Shown in pieces: positions 30,916 to 40,613 of a stretch of 64,000 bases of DNA. Position 1 is the stretch's first letter. Every line of letters starts with the position of its first letter. The stretch comes from Candidatus Cloacimonadales bacterium (GTDB lineage: Bacteria; Cloacimonadota; Cloacimonadia; Cloacimonadales; JAFGVF01), in the NCBI GenBank assembly GCA_963677495.2, contig CAXXOU010000002.1:32001-96000 (forward strand). Direction: 5' to 3'. The translations under genes and the position numbers were made by a program. The notes beneath the pieces are model-generated. The model was not told the DNA's origin, made no database searches, and saw only the letters and a list, made by a program, of their open reading frames with translations.

Positions 30916-30958
30916 CATTCCTTATTTTATGACAATAGCAAGTATTTTTTAAAGGCTC

Positions 30959-31243
30959 TTATTGAAAATCTGGGAAATAATCAGCTAAATTAAATCCGTT
31001 AATGTAAACATCACATTCTAGTGTTGAATCTTGAATTTTTCGGATGGATCTAATTTCTACGCATTTATCCATAACCAGATACGATAGTCTTTTCTCGATT
31101 GATGTCTTTTGCCTTTCGTTTAGCTTAGAAATTTTGTACCCATTTATTTTAATGAGTGTCCCATACTGGGATTGATGTTTCCATCCCGGTTCAATTCTTA
31201 AAATATTCGAGTCTATAATTTCAACTACAATATGACGTCCCAT
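30959..31243 (-). CDS. Short thermonuclease-like (SNase OB-fold) protein, degenerate active site
   Basis: Paralog of 31349..31633 (shared CDVY.NG.NLADYFP). Confidence 0.65.
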   Translation of the reverse strand: MGRHIVVEIIDSNILRIEPGWKHQSQYGTLIKINGYKISKLNERQKTSIEKRLSYLVMDKCVEIRSIRKIQDSTLECDVYINGFNLADYFPDFQ

Positions 31244-31348
31244 TAATTTGCCTGCCTAAAGTTAGTGACTAAATTTAGGTCACACTTGAGGTGAAGTCAA
31301 GTTAATATTTAGAAAACTGGTGATTAAAGACTGTTAATATGTTGTATT

Positions 31349-31633
31349 CTATTTGAATTCCGGAAAATAATCAGCTAAGTTGATTCCATTTAGATAAACA
31401 TCACACACAAGTCGCTCTTTCTCAACTCTGTATGCATGTCTTAATTCAACATGTTTACCCTTTATGAGATTTTTAAGTCTTCTAAGGGCAGACTTATAAA
31501 TTGGACTATCGCATCCGGGACAGTTGTAACCTGTAACTCTAATTCGTTGTCCCACGTCTCCTTGCCAATTCCAGGAAGGAGATACAATAAAAGTGCCTGG
31601 ATCAACAATATCAGTAACTTTGAATCTGCTCAT
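31349..31633 (-). CDS. Short thermonuclease-like (SNase OB-fold) protein, degenerate active site
   Basis: FKVTDIVDPGTF, RIRVTGYNCP, LKNLIKGKHVEL, RLVCDVY. Confidence 0.7.
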   Translation of the reverse strand: MSRFKVTDIVDPGTFIVSPSWNWQGDVGQRIRVTGYNCPGCDSPIYKSALRRLKNLIKGKHVELRHAYRVEKERLVCDVYLNGINLADYFPEFK

Positions 31634-31856
31634 ATTATTATTCCTCCTACAGAAAGTACTTACTGATTGTATTAGAATGTAAAAAGTGTCAATAGATATT
31701 TAGTTTAAATAAGCAATAATAAATACTTAGGAATGTTTTGATCCGGTAATAGTTTTGGGTTGCTATTTGTTAAATAGTACATTTTCAGAATAATTATGTA
31801 AATACGATATTGACAACAATCTAAAGGCGCATGATCTTGTTTGTGAGGAGCTTTAA

Positions 31857-34028
31857 ATGAAAAAGATTCATTTGTTAATTGTTGTTTTTATTCTAATCAC
31901 TTGCTTAAGTAAAGCTGAAAAAAAAGATCTTAAAATCGGATTGACTCTCAGTGGGGGAGGGGCAAAAGGTCTCGCTCATATTGGAGTATTAAAAGTTCTT
32001 GAAGAATATGATATACGCCCTGACTATATAACCGGTACTAGTATGGGAAGTATTGTAGGTGCATTATACAGTATAGGGTATAATGCTGAAGAACTTGAGA
32101 ATATTGTTAAATCCCAAGATTGGGAATCTATTTTATTTGATGTTTTGCCTAGGACAAGTGTTTCCATGGAAGAGAAAGATGTTGATGCAAAATTTGCAGT
32201 TACTTTCCCTATGGATGGGTTAAAGATAAAGCTTCCTTCTGGCATGGTTTCAGGACAGAATGTCACTCAATTACTAACACGACTGACATACGGCTATCAC
32301 AATGTTAATGACTTTAATAATCTCCCCATTCCTTTTAAATGTATAGCAACCGATATTGAAAATGGAGAAGCTGTAATACTAGATAAAGGATATCTACCGG
32401 AAGCAATAAGGGCTAGTATGTCCATCCCTTCTATGTTTACACCTGTTGAGCTGGATAGTCTTTTGCTTGTAGATGGTGGGCTTGTAAGAAACTTTCCTGT
32501 TTCCGATTGCAAAGAAATGGGTGCTGATTTTGTGATTGGCATAGATGTAGGAACAGGTCTTCATAACAAGGAAAACCTTAAATCTATAATACAAATCATG
32601 GAGCAATCGATAGGGTTGTATGGAGCTGAGAATAACAGAATAGAAAGAAACAAAACAGATCTTTTAATTATCCCTCCGGTTAAAGACTTTTCTATTACAG
32701 ATTTTGAAAGAGCTGACTCATTGATTGCTATTGGAGAACGAGCAGCAAGATTAAAGATTGAAGAGATTAAAATTTTATCTAAGAGGCTTGGATTAAAACC
32801 ACCGGTGGAGAAGTATTGTCCCTCAAAACGTATTAAGATTGTTGATATTAAGTATAATGGCCTAAATAAGGTATCAAAGAATCTTATTATTGGTAAGATG
32901 CCATTAAGAGAGGGAAGAACTTATACTCTTGAACGTATTGATAGAGCAATAACCCAATTATATGGTACAAGGTATTTTCAAAGTATTAATTATAAACTCT
33001 ATGAAGAAGATAATGGGTTTATATTATTCATTGATGTTAATGAGAAAAGACTGAATCTCTTTAGAGCTGGTTTTCATTATGATAGTGATATGAATGCATC
33101 AATTCTTCTGAATACTACGTTCAGGAATGTTGTTGTTGAGGGCTCAAAAGTGACCATTGATTTTGAACTCGGAGAAAATAAGACTTTCCACTATTCTGAA
33201 TTTATTCATACAGGGCTACGTCCCGGCTTTGGTTTCAAAATTGATTTGCTCTATGATGAGTTTGATTACACCTTCAGAAACCCGGAGGGAGTAAAGCAAG
33301 CACAGTTTGGGATCGAGGATAGTTCAATTATTTTCTTCTTTGATACAATCTTCTCAGACAATTTCCTTGTTGGCACCTCTCTCCAGTTTTTAAGAAACGA
33401 GTTAATAGGAGAAATAATTCCTGTAGAATGGGGGAATTTAGATGATACGAACTGGTGGATGAGGTCAGCTGTTTACGCAAAGATAGACAAAAGAAACAAA
33501 TCGCATTATCCAACAAAGGGGCTTTATGCTTATTGTGAATATAAATGGTTTAATTGTCTATCTGATATTGAATACTATGATAAGTATTTTGCACGTTTCT
33601 ACTTCTCAGCAGAGAAGATTTTCCCTATTAATAAGAGTGTTGCATTTGCTGTTGGTGGATTTGCCGGGAGCACAAATAGTACGCAACTACAGGGACAGGA
33701 TACATTCTATCTCGGTGGTTATGTTGATAAAGATAATGGCAGACCTTTTACAGGGTATTTTTTTGGAGAAGTTCTTGCAGAAGAGACCTATATACTGCGT
33801 GGACGTGTTCAAGTTGAACCATGGCGTAACATTTTCCTAATCGCTAGGTGGGATTCCGGACGTGTTATTAGAGACTTGTTGGAATTTGGGGCTGACGATT
33901 TTTGGACTCATGGTTATGGCATTAGTTTTGCTTACAAAACTCCTATCGGGCCAATAGAATACACAATAATGGCAAATGATAGAGATGACGATACTCGAAG
34001 CTATATAAATATTGGTTATAATTTCTAA
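31857..34028 (+). CDS. Patatin-like phospholipase with POTRA and Omp85-type barrel (PlpD-like)
   Basis: SGGGAKGLAHIG, GTSMG, DGG; POTRA region; TPIGPI...INIGYNF C-terminus. Confidence 0.9.
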   Translation: MKKIHLLIVVFILITCLSKAEKKDLKIGLTLSGGGAKGLAHIGVLKVLEEYDIRPDYITGTSMGSIVGALYSIGYNAEELENIVKSQDWESILFDVLPRTSVSMEEKDVDAKFAVTFPMDGLKIKLPSGMVSGQNVTQLLTRLTYGYHNVNDFNNLPIPFKCIATDIENGEAVILDKGYLPEAIRASMSIPSMFTPVELDSLLLVDGGLVRNFPVSDCKEMGADFVIGIDVGTGLHNKENLKSIIQIMEQSIGLYGAENNRIERNKTDLLIIPPVKDFSITDFERADSLIAIGERAARLKIEEIKILSKRLGLKPPVEKYCPSKRIKIVDIKYNGLNKVSKNLIIGKMPLREGRTYTLERIDRAITQLYGTRYFQSINYKLYEEDNGFILFIDVNEKRLNLFRAGFHYDSDMNASILLNTTFRNVVVEGSKVTIDFELGENKTFHYSEFIHTGLRPGFGFKIDLLYDEFDYTFRNPEGVKQAQFGIEDSSIIFFFDTIFSDNFLVGTSLQFLRNELIGEIIPVEWGNLDDTNWWMRSAVYAKIDKRNKSHYPTKGLYAYCEYKWFNCLSDIEYYDKYFARFYFSAEKIFPINKSVAFAVGGFAGSTNSTQLQGQDTFYLGGYVDKDNGRPFTGYFFGEVLAEETYILRGRVQVEPWRNIFLIARWDSGRVIRDLLEFGADDFWTHGYGISFAYKTPIGPIEYTIMANDRDDDTRSYINIGYNF

Positions 34029-34178
34029 GTAACTATGGGCTCAACAGTTTGCTACTGGTTGTTTTGTCCGGTACCTTCTTACTTGCCTTTAAATAGCAAA
34101 GTCTGATAGTCTATAGCTGATAAGAGAAGCTCTTGAAATCTGAAAATATAAGAATTTATAAGATGCATTACACATTCT

Positions 34179-34320
34179 ATTGCTCTTTTTAAACATACGG
34201 GACACACGCGGGAATCTCCCGGGACTCTCACGGGAATCACACGGGGCTTTGCCCGAGAAACTCCCGGTTTATTCGCGACTATGTCCCAAATTAATCCCGA
34301 GGGTTGAAAGTCAGAGCAAT
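34179..34320 (+). repeat. 11-bp-periodic palindromic array, CGGG subfamily, complete copy
   Basis: CGGG at 34198, 34209, 34220, 34231, 34242; CCCG/CCCG/CGCG/CCCA/CCCG at 34252, 34263, 34274, 34285, 34296; ends ATTGCTCT / AGAGCAAT. Confidence 0.9.
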
Positions 34321-34360
34321 TGCTGGTAACAGTGATTTAATCTTTGCTCATACTACTACG

Positions 34361-34514
34361 CTCCTTCTTCTCTCAGCAGTAATAATTAATGATTTGCTAG
34401 TGATTTCTTAGTAATAACTTACCCATTTCTTGGAAGTTAGGCCAAGGGTTGACCAAGTGTTTGCCAAGGATTAACCAAGTGTTTATCAAGAGTTACTGCA
34501 GAGAAAAGGGGGAG
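34361..34514. repeat. 11-bp-periodic palindromic array, CTTGG/CCAAG core
   Basis: GCTAG/CTTAG/CTTAC/CTTGG at 34396-34429, then CCAAG x4 and TCAAG at 34442, 34453, 34464, 34475, 34486; pyrimidine/purine inverted flanks. Confidence 0.85.
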
Positions 34515-34592
34515 AAGTGCGTGTAATATAAAAGGACACAAACAAATGTGTCCTTGTGATTTAAGATTCGTTAACTGTTTGTATGATTACTA

Positions 34593-35810
34593 TTAAAAGT
34601 CCCAATCATAATGAGGTTGAGGTAGATTAATTGCATAATCAAGTTTCTCTAGTAACTCTTTAGGAGCTTCTAAATCATCAGAAACACTCAATTGAGTAGC
34701 TTTTAACGCACCACTCCATAATCTTGTGAAAGCATTTATTGTAGCTTTCATTGTTGGAAGCCCATCGGTGAAACCTTCTTTGAGATGTGATTTCCCACTT
34801 AAGTCAATTGTATACTCTCCACCAACACCTCTCCAGGCAATCTCTTCTGGAATATATTTTGAGATTGGATCACTCAATTCAAGGTTAAAATTAACTGGCT
34901 TTACGGTTTTCATTACTGAAACACATCTCTCTAAATTCACAATTCTAAGTTGAGACCAACATGAAGCTCTACTGAAGTTTTGGAATTTAGAACCATGAGT
35001 AATACGATTATAGGTAAAAGGCTTCTTCAAGAAATCCTGAAACTGGATTCCGGGTGGTTCCACTATGCGAACTATGTTTATCTGGTCACCGAAGCTCTTA
35101 ATAAGTGCTAAAAGATCAAGGAGTTGCTCATATGTCTGATAGATTAAATAGGTTGTATATGGACCATGTTCGCGACCTCGTCCATAAATCCAGATTAGAT
35201 GAGTTAACATGCCATTATCATCCCTGAAACCATAACCTTGATAGTTTTCATTGTCCTGCAAATCGGCTTTTGTTGCAACTTCACTTAGATAAGCATTACC
35301 ATGCATTTGGAGACGATTAATTCTTAATTCATGGATTTCTGTTGCATGAGAAAGGTCTAAACGCACCGGTACAGGAATCTCTCTCTCAAGTTTCAGGTTT
35401 GATGGTGAGAACCAAATCATATGCTCATAAGGATTGTTGCCAAAGCCAAGTTGGTTGTAATAACCTTGTTCAAAGAAGCCAAGTCCTGAAACATCAGCAC
35501 CATCAAGTGCATCAAGAGCAACCTTTGATGCTGTTAACCTAGAAGCCAGCCTCTGTTTTCTAGCAACAATACCGGTACCAACTCCGGCAACAGCTGAGAG
35601 ATTAAGCCTAGTGCCATTATAGTTGTATCCCCCTAGTATGGAGGTAACGAAACATTCAACAGAACCATTAAGCTCTGAAACGATAGTCCTGCTCTGTGGA
35701 ATGCATTCGTTTAGCCAGAAGTTTTCTTTCTTAGAAACCCAGCCAATTTCATTAGCAATCCTAAACATTGCTTCTTTGTCTGTCTCATGATTATAATTTC
35801 TATAACGCAT
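34593..35810 (-). CDS. Eis-like GNAT acetyltransferase with SCP2-type C-terminal domain
   Basis: VAGVGT..VARKQRLASRL, FEQGYYNQLGFG; start MRYRNY after GGAGG. Confidence 0.7.
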   Translation of the reverse strand: MRYRNYNHETDKEAMFRIANEIGWVSKKENFWLNECIPQSRTIVSELNGSVECFVTSILGGYNYNGTRLNLSAVAGVGTGIVARKQRLASRLTASKVALDALDGADVSGLGFFEQGYYNQLGFGNNPYEHMIWFSPSNLKLEREIPVPVRLDLSHATEIHELRINRLQMHGNAYLSEVATKADLQDNENYQGYGFRDDNGMLTHLIWIYGRGREHGPYTTYLIYQTYEQLLDLLALIKSFGDQINIVRIVEPPGIQFQDFLKKPFTYNRITHGSKFQNFSRASCWSQLRIVNLERCVSVMKTVKPVNFNLELSDPISKYIPEEIAWRGVGGEYTIDLSGKSHLKEGFTDGLPTMKATINAFTRLWSGALKATQLSVSDDLEAPKELLEKLDYAINLPQPHYDWDF

Positions 35811-35945
35811 AAATCCTCCTGTGACAAAAAGTGTAGATACAACATTATAAGTCAAGAAGATAATGAAATGAGATGGTGTTGAAGATAAATAAGTGAAGAA
35901 GAAAAAGCAGAATGCATTCAAATGCAATCTGCTTTAAAACATATA

Positions 35946-36022
35946 TGGAGCTAAAGATGGGATTCGAACCCACGACCTATTGATTACGAATCAAGTGCTC
36001 TACCGGACTGAGCTACTTTAGC
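35946..36022 (-). tRNA. tRNA-Thr (CGT)
   Basis: GCTAAAG..TAGCTCAG..TTGA-TT-CGT-AA-TCAA..GTTCGAATC..CTTTAGC-T-CCA. Confidence 0.93.
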
Positions 36023-36725
36023 GGTTCATTCCTTTAAATACTGAGTTTATGTGTGGTTCGTTAATTGTCAGGTTGTAAACCCTGAAGAATTCATCTTTAT
36101 CGGGAGTTTGAATTTCATTCTTCCAAGTTAAATTATAACTTTGCGGTAATATCCAGTTGAGTTTAACCACCTCTTTCTTACTAATATTGGTAGGATACCA
36201 GTAATCAAGGGCATTGAAAGTGAATTCACTCTTAGAGTCATTGTAAATATCAGTTTGTGGTTGTGAATAAAGGGAATAATGAATAATGAATTGAAGCTCT
36301 TCCTCTTCCTTCATGTCATCAGTTAAGTGTACCTGAAAAATATTGGCATTCTCTTTAATATGATCCACAATTTTAACAGGAACATAATCAGGAAAATCAC
36401 CGTTAAGATAACGATCGACAATGAATACATCTTTACGTTGTTTATTCACAGCGACAGTATTCAAAACGATATCCCTTTGCATGATGAAACAAACAATAGG
36501 CCAATCTTTAACGTCTTCAGTTTTAATTGTAAAAACGTCCTTCATGTTGAGTACATCAACATCAGCTTGATATTTTATGCAAATATCATGTTCGTCAACA
36601 GGCATAAGTTTAATGGGAAAAACTCTCTTCTTTGGAGTTTTATCCTTTGCTTTTCCACAACCATTAAAAAAAAGACTCCCGACAACAATAACGAATAGTA
36701 ACACGAGTTTAGTAATAATTCTCAT
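36018..36725 (-). CDS. Hypothetical lipoprotein (possibly M1-peptidase N-terminal-like beta domain)
   Basis: Lipobox FFNGC; DYWYPT; no HEXXH motif. Confidence 0.6.
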   Translation of the reverse strand: MRIITKLVLLFVIVVGSLFFNGCGKAKDKTPKKRVFPIKLMPVDEHDICIKYQADVDVLNMKDVFTIKTEDVKDWPIVCFIMQRDIVLNTVAVNKQRKDVFIVDRYLNGDFPDYVPVKIVDHIKENANIFQVHLTDDMKEEEELQFIIHYSLYSQPQTDIYNDSKSEFTFNALDYWYPTNISKKEVVKLNWILPQSYNLTWKNEIQTPDKDEFFRVYNLTINEPHINSVFKGMNR

Positions 36726-36778
36726 GCAGTTAAATACACGTGAGAATGTTATGGCGTCAAGAGAAAAGTTCGTAATTG

Positions 36779-37798
36779 TTAAATATTTCTTACACCTTTA
36801 GTAGAAAAGGCATTTGCGGTCAATGTAGAATATTCTCCATTTCTATACTTTCTAATAGCAGCAGCACCTATCATTGCTGCATTATCCATACACAGTTTAA
36901 GTGGTGGATATGCAAGCTTAATGTGGTATTTAGAAGATTCTTTAAGCATTTTAGCTCTAAGATCGGAGTTTGCAGAGACTCCTCCGGCTAAAACAATCTG
37001 TTTAGCATTGGCTTTTCTCGCATAAGATATGGTCTTTTTCACCATTATATCATTGATTGCTGCCTGTAATGAAGCTGCAATATTGGCTTTGTTCTCTTCA
37101 AGAAATGGATCTGATTTATCTCGGACATAAGTCATAATTGCAGTTTTTAATCCACTAAAACTAAAATCATAGTTATCCTTTCTATTGAGTGCACGAGGGA
37201 AATGATGGAACTTAGGGTCGCCCTCTTTAGCAAGTTTATCAATAATTGGGCCACCGGGATAACCGAGTTCAAAGAGCTTTGCTGTCTTGTCATAAGCTTC
37301 TCCGGCTGCATCGTCGAGAGTTCGTCCAATCACATCAAATTGTTCCCATGTTTTGAAATGAACCAGCTCTGTATGTCCACCGGAAACAACTAAGGCAACA
37401 AAAGGTGGATTTAAATCCGGATTCTCGATTAGGTTTGCATAGATATGACCAACCATGTGATTCACTGTAATCAATGGGAGATCTCTACTCCAGGCTAGGC
37501 CTTTCGCAAACGACAAGCCCACTAGAAGTGAACCAATTAGCCCTGGATTAACTGATACAGCTACAGCATCAATGTCACTTAATTCTCTTTGTGCCTTATC
37601 CAAAGCATGGTGAGTTAGGCTGACAATATTTTTTAAATGTAATCTTGAGGCAATTTCAGGGACAACTCCCCCAAACTCCTCATGCTTGGTTTGGGATGAA
37701 ATAAGGTTTGATAGTACCTTATAATCCTGATCTATTACTGCAACCGATGTGTCGTCGCATGAAGTTTCAAACGCTAATATAGTAAATTTATCTTTCAA
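36779..37798 (-). CDS. tsaD: tRNA t6A threonylcarbamoyltransferase
   Basis: ETSCDDTS, GGVVPEIASRLH, HMVGH, SGGHT, DDAAGEAYDK, DNAAMI. Confidence 0.96.
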   Translation of the reverse strand: MKDKFTILAFETSCDDTSVAVIDQDYKVLSNLISSQTKHEEFGGVVPEIASRLHLKNIVSLTHHALDKAQRELSDIDAVAVSVNPGLIGSLLVGLSFAKGLAWSRDLPLITVNHMVGHIYANLIENPDLNPPFVALVVSGGHTELVHFKTWEQFDVIGRTLDDAAGEAYDKTAKLFELGYPGGPIIDKLAKEGDPKFHHFPRALNRKDNYDFSFSGLKTAIMTYVRDKSDPFLEENKANIAASLQAAINDIMVKKTISYARKANAKQIVLAGGVSANSDLRAKMLKESSKYHIKLAYPPLKLCMDNAAMIGAAAIRKYRNGEYSTLTANAFSTKGVRNI

Positions 37799-38669
37799 TT
37801 ATCTGTACCTTTTCCGGACTGAATTCAAGTAGCATAAGTTCGGGAGGTAGTATAATGTCAAGTTTTCTTGTGCTTGTAGATTTATCTGAGCTGTCAGGCT
37901 TAACGATTATTGAGCTAACAGATAGAGTGTCCAGCTGTTGCTTAGGTCCGACCAATCTGATTGAAGCCCACTTCGGAATGGATTGTTCTCCTGAATCAAC
38001 TTTTACCGGAACCAAAGAGAATGTTTTAGAAACGATATCCTTCTCTGGTTTCAATATTGTTATGTCATGGTTTGTGATTAGCACGTTTTCATGTGGTGGC
38101 AATATAGCAACAGTAACATCATTACTTACAAGATTCTCTTTTGTAATGCTCTCAGTTTCAAGAAACTCTAATCTATCTAAAACCGATTCAGCTCCTGTTG
38201 CCTCAATAAGTTTGGGATTGTAATTATAGCCTGTCTCAATATATCTTTTCTTAACTTCATCATTGAGAAAATTTAGTTTGATCGGAATACTGCGACTAAC
38301 AAGAAGATCAGTCTCAATATAGAAATCTTTTTGTAGCGTTGGTTCAAACTTAAGGGATTTGAATCTAGATGGATGCATCACTTCAAAAGATTGCCATGGA
38401 ATAGAGCTATCTTCTACATTTATATCCCCCATATCTACTCTAATATAAATGTTTGCATTTTTTACAAGTATCAAATCAAAAACTTTTCCCTGGATAGAAT
38501 ATTTTATGCTTCTTTGAACTAAACGAGGTAATGACATACCGGCCGGAATATTCTCAACCTTTACCGGTATCTCTATAGAGATGCTATCAATCTGTGAAAA
38601 ACGGAATACAACCCAGAACATTGTTGCAATCAGAATCGATAGAACAAAGAGTAGCTGAGGTCTTCTCAT
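37788..38669 (-). CDS. YbbR/CdaR-like membrane-anchored protein
   Basis: N-terminal TM ending in W; repeated IP(V/I) and P..V/I..G beta units. Confidence 0.6.
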   Translation of the reverse strand: MRRPQLLFVLSILIATMFWVVFRFSQIDSISIEIPVKVENIPAGMSLPRLVQRSIKYSIQGKVFDLILVKNANIYIRVDMGDINVEDSSIPWQSFEVMHPSRFKSLKFEPTLQKDFYIETDLLVSRSIPIKLNFLNDEVKKRYIETGYNYNPKLIEATGAESVLDRLEFLETESITKENLVSNDVTVAILPPHENVLITNHDITILKPEKDIVSKTFSLVPVKVDSGEQSIPKWASIRLVGPKQQLDTLSVSSIIVKPDSSDKSTSTRKLDIILPPELMLLEFSPEKVQIIER

Positions 38670-38670
38670 A

Positions 38671-40077
38671 CTATCCTTTTAGGCTAATTCCTAGCCTTCT
38701 TAGCTTCTTATATAGAGTAGAGTAATCTAACTCCATAAGTTCTGCTGCTTTAACAACATTCCAGTTAGTCTTGTTAAGAATATTTTTAATGAAATCAGTT
38801 TCAAAAGTTTCTATAGCACGTCTGAAGTTAGTCTCATGAAAATATTGATGCGTACTATTCTTAGGATACTTCTTGTAGCTTTCTTTCTTTCTATTCAGAT
38901 ACTCTATTATTGTACTATTTGAGATTCTTTTCTCGCGAATCATAATATGTTTACAGAAATTAAATAACTCTCTAATATTACCATCCCAGGTATATGTCAA
39001 AAGTTCAGGAAGGATATCCATCTGGTTATCGACAACATGGGATGAATACTTAGGAGAATGAGTTTCAAAGAATGTATCCATAAGGAGGACAATATCTGAT
39101 TCACGTTCTCGTAGTGGAGGAAGAGTAAGAATGTTTGCTTCAACTCGGTAAAAAAGGTCTTTCCTAAACTTTCCTTTAGATACTAGTTCTAGTAAGTCAT
39201 CATTAGTTGCCATGACTAATCTTGTGTCTACCTCTTTCTCGCCACCACCGATAACTTGAATCTTTCTATATTCTATTGCTCTTAATAGTTTTGTTTGTGC
39301 AAGGGGATTTAAAGTAGCAACCTCATCAAGGAAAAGTATACCGCCATTGGCTTTTTCAAAGATTCCAGGTTTATATGAATCCGCTCCGGTAAATGCTCCC
39401 TTTTCATACCCAAATAGTTCTGATTCAATGAGAGTGTCAGGTATTGCACTTGAATTCATTACTTCAAAAGCATTTCCAGTTCGAGGGGAATATCTGCTGT
39501 AGAACTGAGCAGCAATCTCTTTACCGGTTCCTGTCTCACCTACAAGTATAACATCTTCGTCTGCTCTGGCATATCGTTTAATATCTTCTCTAAGTTTTTT
39601 AATCGCAGAACAATCACCTACAAAGTAAGCATTAGGATCATATTTTGATTTCAGACTTCGATTCTCAAGCTGAAGCTTATACGCCTTTTCTTCTTGATGC
39701 TTAAGAGTTACTGCATTGTCAATGCTCAGGAGAAGTTGGTGAAGTTTAAAATTTACTCCCTTCTCAACATAATTGAAAATACCAAGATTTCTAACTCTAT
39801 TTACTTGCTCTTTATTGCTCATGGATGAGAGGACAATTATTTTCGGTTTCTCTTCATCTCTTTCGTATAAGTTTTCCAATATTTCCAAACCATCAAGTGG
39901 GCTTTCTTCTAAGAAGATATCCATCAGAATTACGTCCGGTTTGAAACTATTATATATTTTAAAGAAATCGACACTGTTAAATGCACATTCTACTTCGTAG
40001 TTGTTCTTTAAAAGAACCTTTTTTAACTGTCTTGAAAGTATTAAATCATCTTCAACAACTAATATATTTGCTTTCAC
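38671..40077 (-). CDS. Sigma54-dependent response regulator (NtrC/AtoC family)
   Basis: REC domain (VEDD, ILMD), GETGTGKE, GAFTGA, LFLDEV, W.GNIREL, Fis HTH; GTG start at 40077. Confidence 0.92.
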   Translation of the reverse strand: MKANILVVEDDLILSRQLKKVLLKNNYEVECAFNSVDFFKIYNSFKPDVILMDIFLEESPLDGLEILENLYERDEEKPKIIVLSSMSNKEQVNRVRNLGIFNYVEKGVNFKLHQLLLSIDNAVTLKHQEEKAYKLQLENRSLKSKYDPNAYFVGDCSAIKKLREDIKRYARADEDVILVGETGTGKEIAAQFYSRYSPRTGNAFEVMNSSAIPDTLIESELFGYEKGAFTGADSYKPGIFEKANGGILFLDEVATLNPLAQTKLLRAIEYRKIQVIGGGEKEVDTRLVMATNDDLLELVSKGKFRKDLFYRVEANILTLPPLRERESDIVLLMDTFFETHSPKYSSHVVDNQMDILPELLTYTWDGNIRELFNFCKHIMIREKRISNSTIIEYLNRKKESYKKYPKNSTHQYFHETNFRRAIETFETDFIKNILNKTNWNVVKAAELMELDYSTLYKKLRRLGISLKG

Positions 40078-40269
40078 GTCTAAAAAACTCCCCTGATGTT
40101 TTGAACAAAATTTGACATTTTTCCAAAAATAGTCAAGTCGTTTCTTTTTTACTTGTAAATGCAATAGTAAGTGAAAGTTCACATATCAGGGAAAAGCTCT
40201 TCTGATTTTTGGTTTAAATTAGCTTAGTTATTTAGAATAATCCCGGTTCGTTGATTTACTCCAAAGAGT

Positions 40270-40360
40270 TAGATAACCACGGCTCAACCACGGGCAATCC
40301 ACGCCCAAACGCCGGAAGCCGTGGTCAACCCGTGGTTTACCCGTGGTCAACCCGTGGAAA
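40270..40360. repeat. 11-bp-periodic palindromic array, CCACGG/CCGTGG core
   Basis: CCACG at 40277, 40288, 40299; CCGTGG at 40319, 40330, 40341, 40352. Confidence 0.88.
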
Positions 40361-40613
40361 AGTATGCCACTTCTGTAAGGAAAGAAGAAAGCATGGACAG
40401 AAGATAAATTGAAGTCACAATGCTTGGGATTTTGCTCGTGAAGAAAAATAGATTTTGACTGGTATAATAGGAATATTATCCATTATAGTTTTGACTTTTA
40501 TCCAAGCCATGCTTTATTTAGCAATGAGTTAAACTAAGTTGTGAATTAGAAAAAACTTGCATTTATCTAAATAGGTTATAGAAATTGAAAAACATGTGAA
40601 AAGAGGGGTATAT

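Noticed and set aside
34198..34299. CRISPR array interpretation of the periodic repeats
   Set aside because: Cores are 4-8 bp with 3-7-bp spacers and invert at a centre; no 23-47-bp repeats and no cas genes in the window.
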